A stretch of DNA of 64,000 nucleotides from Squalus acanthias (taxonomy: Eukaryota): contig CM059432.1 of the NCBI GenBank assembly GCA_030390025.1, forward strand, positions 17,920,001 through 17,984,000, read 5' to 3'. Positions 62,221 through 64,000 of this stretch are shown one piece after another. The position numbers and the translations under genes are program-made. Within the stretch, counting starts at the first letter, position 1. Every line of letters starts with the position of its first letter. The notes under the pieces were generated by a model. It was not told where the DNA came from. It made no database searches and saw only the letters and a list, made by a program, of their open reading frames with translations.

Positions 62221-62545
62221 GGATGTTTCCCCTGGCTGGGGAGTCTAGAACTAGGGGTCACAGTCTCAGAATAAGGGGTCAGCCATTTAGGACTGAGATG
62301 AGGGGAAATTTTCTCACTCAAAGGGTTGTGTATCTTTGGAATTCTCTACCCGAGGGGGCGGTGGATGATCAGTTGCGGAGTATATTCAAGACAGATAGAT
62401 AGATTTTTGGATACTAAGGGAATCAAGGGCTATGGAGATAAGACGGGCAAGTGGAATTGAGGTAGATGATCAGCCATGATCTTATTGAATGGCGGAGCAG
62501 GCTCGAAGGGCCAAATTGGCCTATTCCATTTCTTATGTCCTTATC
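62221..62545 (+). mobile_element. CR1 3' fragment within an older minus-strand CR1 remnant (~62020-62730)
   Basis: MFPLAGESRTRGHSLRI..WNSLP and 3' UTR; the flanks carry decayed CR1 motifs in the opposite orientation. Confidence 0.8.
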
Positions 62546-64000
62546 TCAAGTCATTCCTCATAATTATAGCTTCCTATCGCAGACATCATCTGCGTGACAC
62601 CTGACTGTGGCCTAAGCATTGCTTTGTACAATTTATGATTCTGTTCATCCACATTCTTCAGGTTCATTTCAAAATGCAATACTTTTCAGTTCTCTGCATT
62701 AAATTGCATCTGCCATTTGTTTGCCCATTCTCCAAACATAGGTCCCCCTGAAGTTATTGGCAATCCATGTTGCTATTTACCAACCCCTCCTAAAATTTAC
62801 GGCAGATTACATATCTCTTCTTGCACCTTTGGTCCAATGACCCAGCCTTTTGTGCACCTTCTGCTTCATCCAACCATTGGTGGTACAGCCTTCAGCCCTA
62901 TGCTCTGGAACTCCCAGACTAAATTCTTTACCTCTCCACTTCACCTTTAAAAATGTGTTCTATACCTATCATACAGCCAAGCTTTCAGTCACCTCTTAAC
63001 TTTTGCACCATGGCTTGCTATCTGGTCTTCTCCTCAACCCCACTCTGTAAAGTGCCGTAGAACATTTTCTGCTTTAAAAGGTGGTGGCGATTTGGAAAGG
63101 AAGGGGTTGGGGGGGGGGGGTGGAGGGGAAGAGGAGGACAACAGATACTTGGGTTGCTTTCCTACTACTGCTGGGTAATTGTAACTAATTAAAGGATTGA
63201 TCTGTTCTTGTAATATTGCCTAAGTGCACATTGCAGAAGTTCTGTTTTATCTCAGTTTGTAACTGGCTCCAGACGTATGGCGTGGCAATATTAAAATTGA
63301 AAATTCCAGGTGCAAGAAGTGGATACTCAAAAGATCCTAGTTGCTTAATCTTTGCTAACAACTGGGAGTTGAATCTCGATCTTGGAGCAATAAATAACGG
63401 CATTGACATTTTTTAAGTCAAAATGGCATGAAAACTGGCTTAAATGCAGAAAAAATGTGATTGCCATTGATGTTAATGAGGGTGGAGCTACGCTAATTAG
63501 CTTCTAACTGTTTTCAGTGAGCGCAAAGCCAGAGCTATACATAGAATATGGAGTGGCATAAATCACCAGGAAAGCCTGGGCCAATATCTTCTAGAACTCT
63601 ACCAACGTGCCTCTAGAGCAGGTTGTTCTGGTGCAGTAAGAGTGACCCCAGGCAACTAATCCTCTCTGTAGGAGTACCTGGCAGCACAGTTGAGATTGAA
63701 GTGACAACCTTTTGTAAACCTAGCAGTTATCAAAAGTTCCCATGTTGCTTTTGCTTTTTGAAGTTGAACACTTTGTCATATGCTGTATCTGAAAAAAGGT
63801 TGCTCAATGTGTGTGTGTGTTAAAAGTGTTCAGTGATTCAGACAATATCTGTGGTAACAGTTAAACATGCACGATGCATGCTTTACAACTTACCAATTCT
63901 TCTGAAGAAACCAAAGTGTCTGATGATAGGAAGTTACATTCATAAATGAGAGAAAAAACACATACAGGAAGACATCTGAGGTGGGGAATGGGGGGGGAAA

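Noticed and set aside
54896..64000. Upstream 93-nt and 105-nt PTP4A3 coding exons
   Set aside because: No matching peptide found by eye; probably outside the window

Overview
Eukaryotic vertebrate DNA, very probably a cartilaginous fish (shark), judged from the repeat families present: V-SINE/HE1-like, Deu-domain SacSINE1-like, CR1, L2, RTE and PIF/Harbinger. One host gene is visible and is missed by the ORF track. It is the last three coding exons of PTP4A3 (PRL-3 phosphatase) on the minus strand (54765-54895, 52763-52837, 51767-51884), with an AT-rich 3' UTR and a probable polyA signal near 50354. Its first two coding exons are not recognisable and probably lie beyond base 64000. Most of the rest is nested transposable elements. 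Most notable are: (i) two copies in which the same internally deleted Harbinger DNA transposon sits at the identical base of a CR1 LINE 3' tail, suggesting a CR1-Harbinger composite copied by retrotransposition; (ii) a 2-kb ORF1-only (HAL1-like) Tx1/L1 element with a 16-bp TSD inserted in the tRNA A-box of a SINE; (iii) a ~1.1-kb solo LTR nested between two CR1s; (iv) a decayed two-gene Harbinger; (v) a twin-priming-type CR1 inversion; and (vi) three short local duplications of non-repeat DNA. All family names come from my recognition of motifs, not from database searches.
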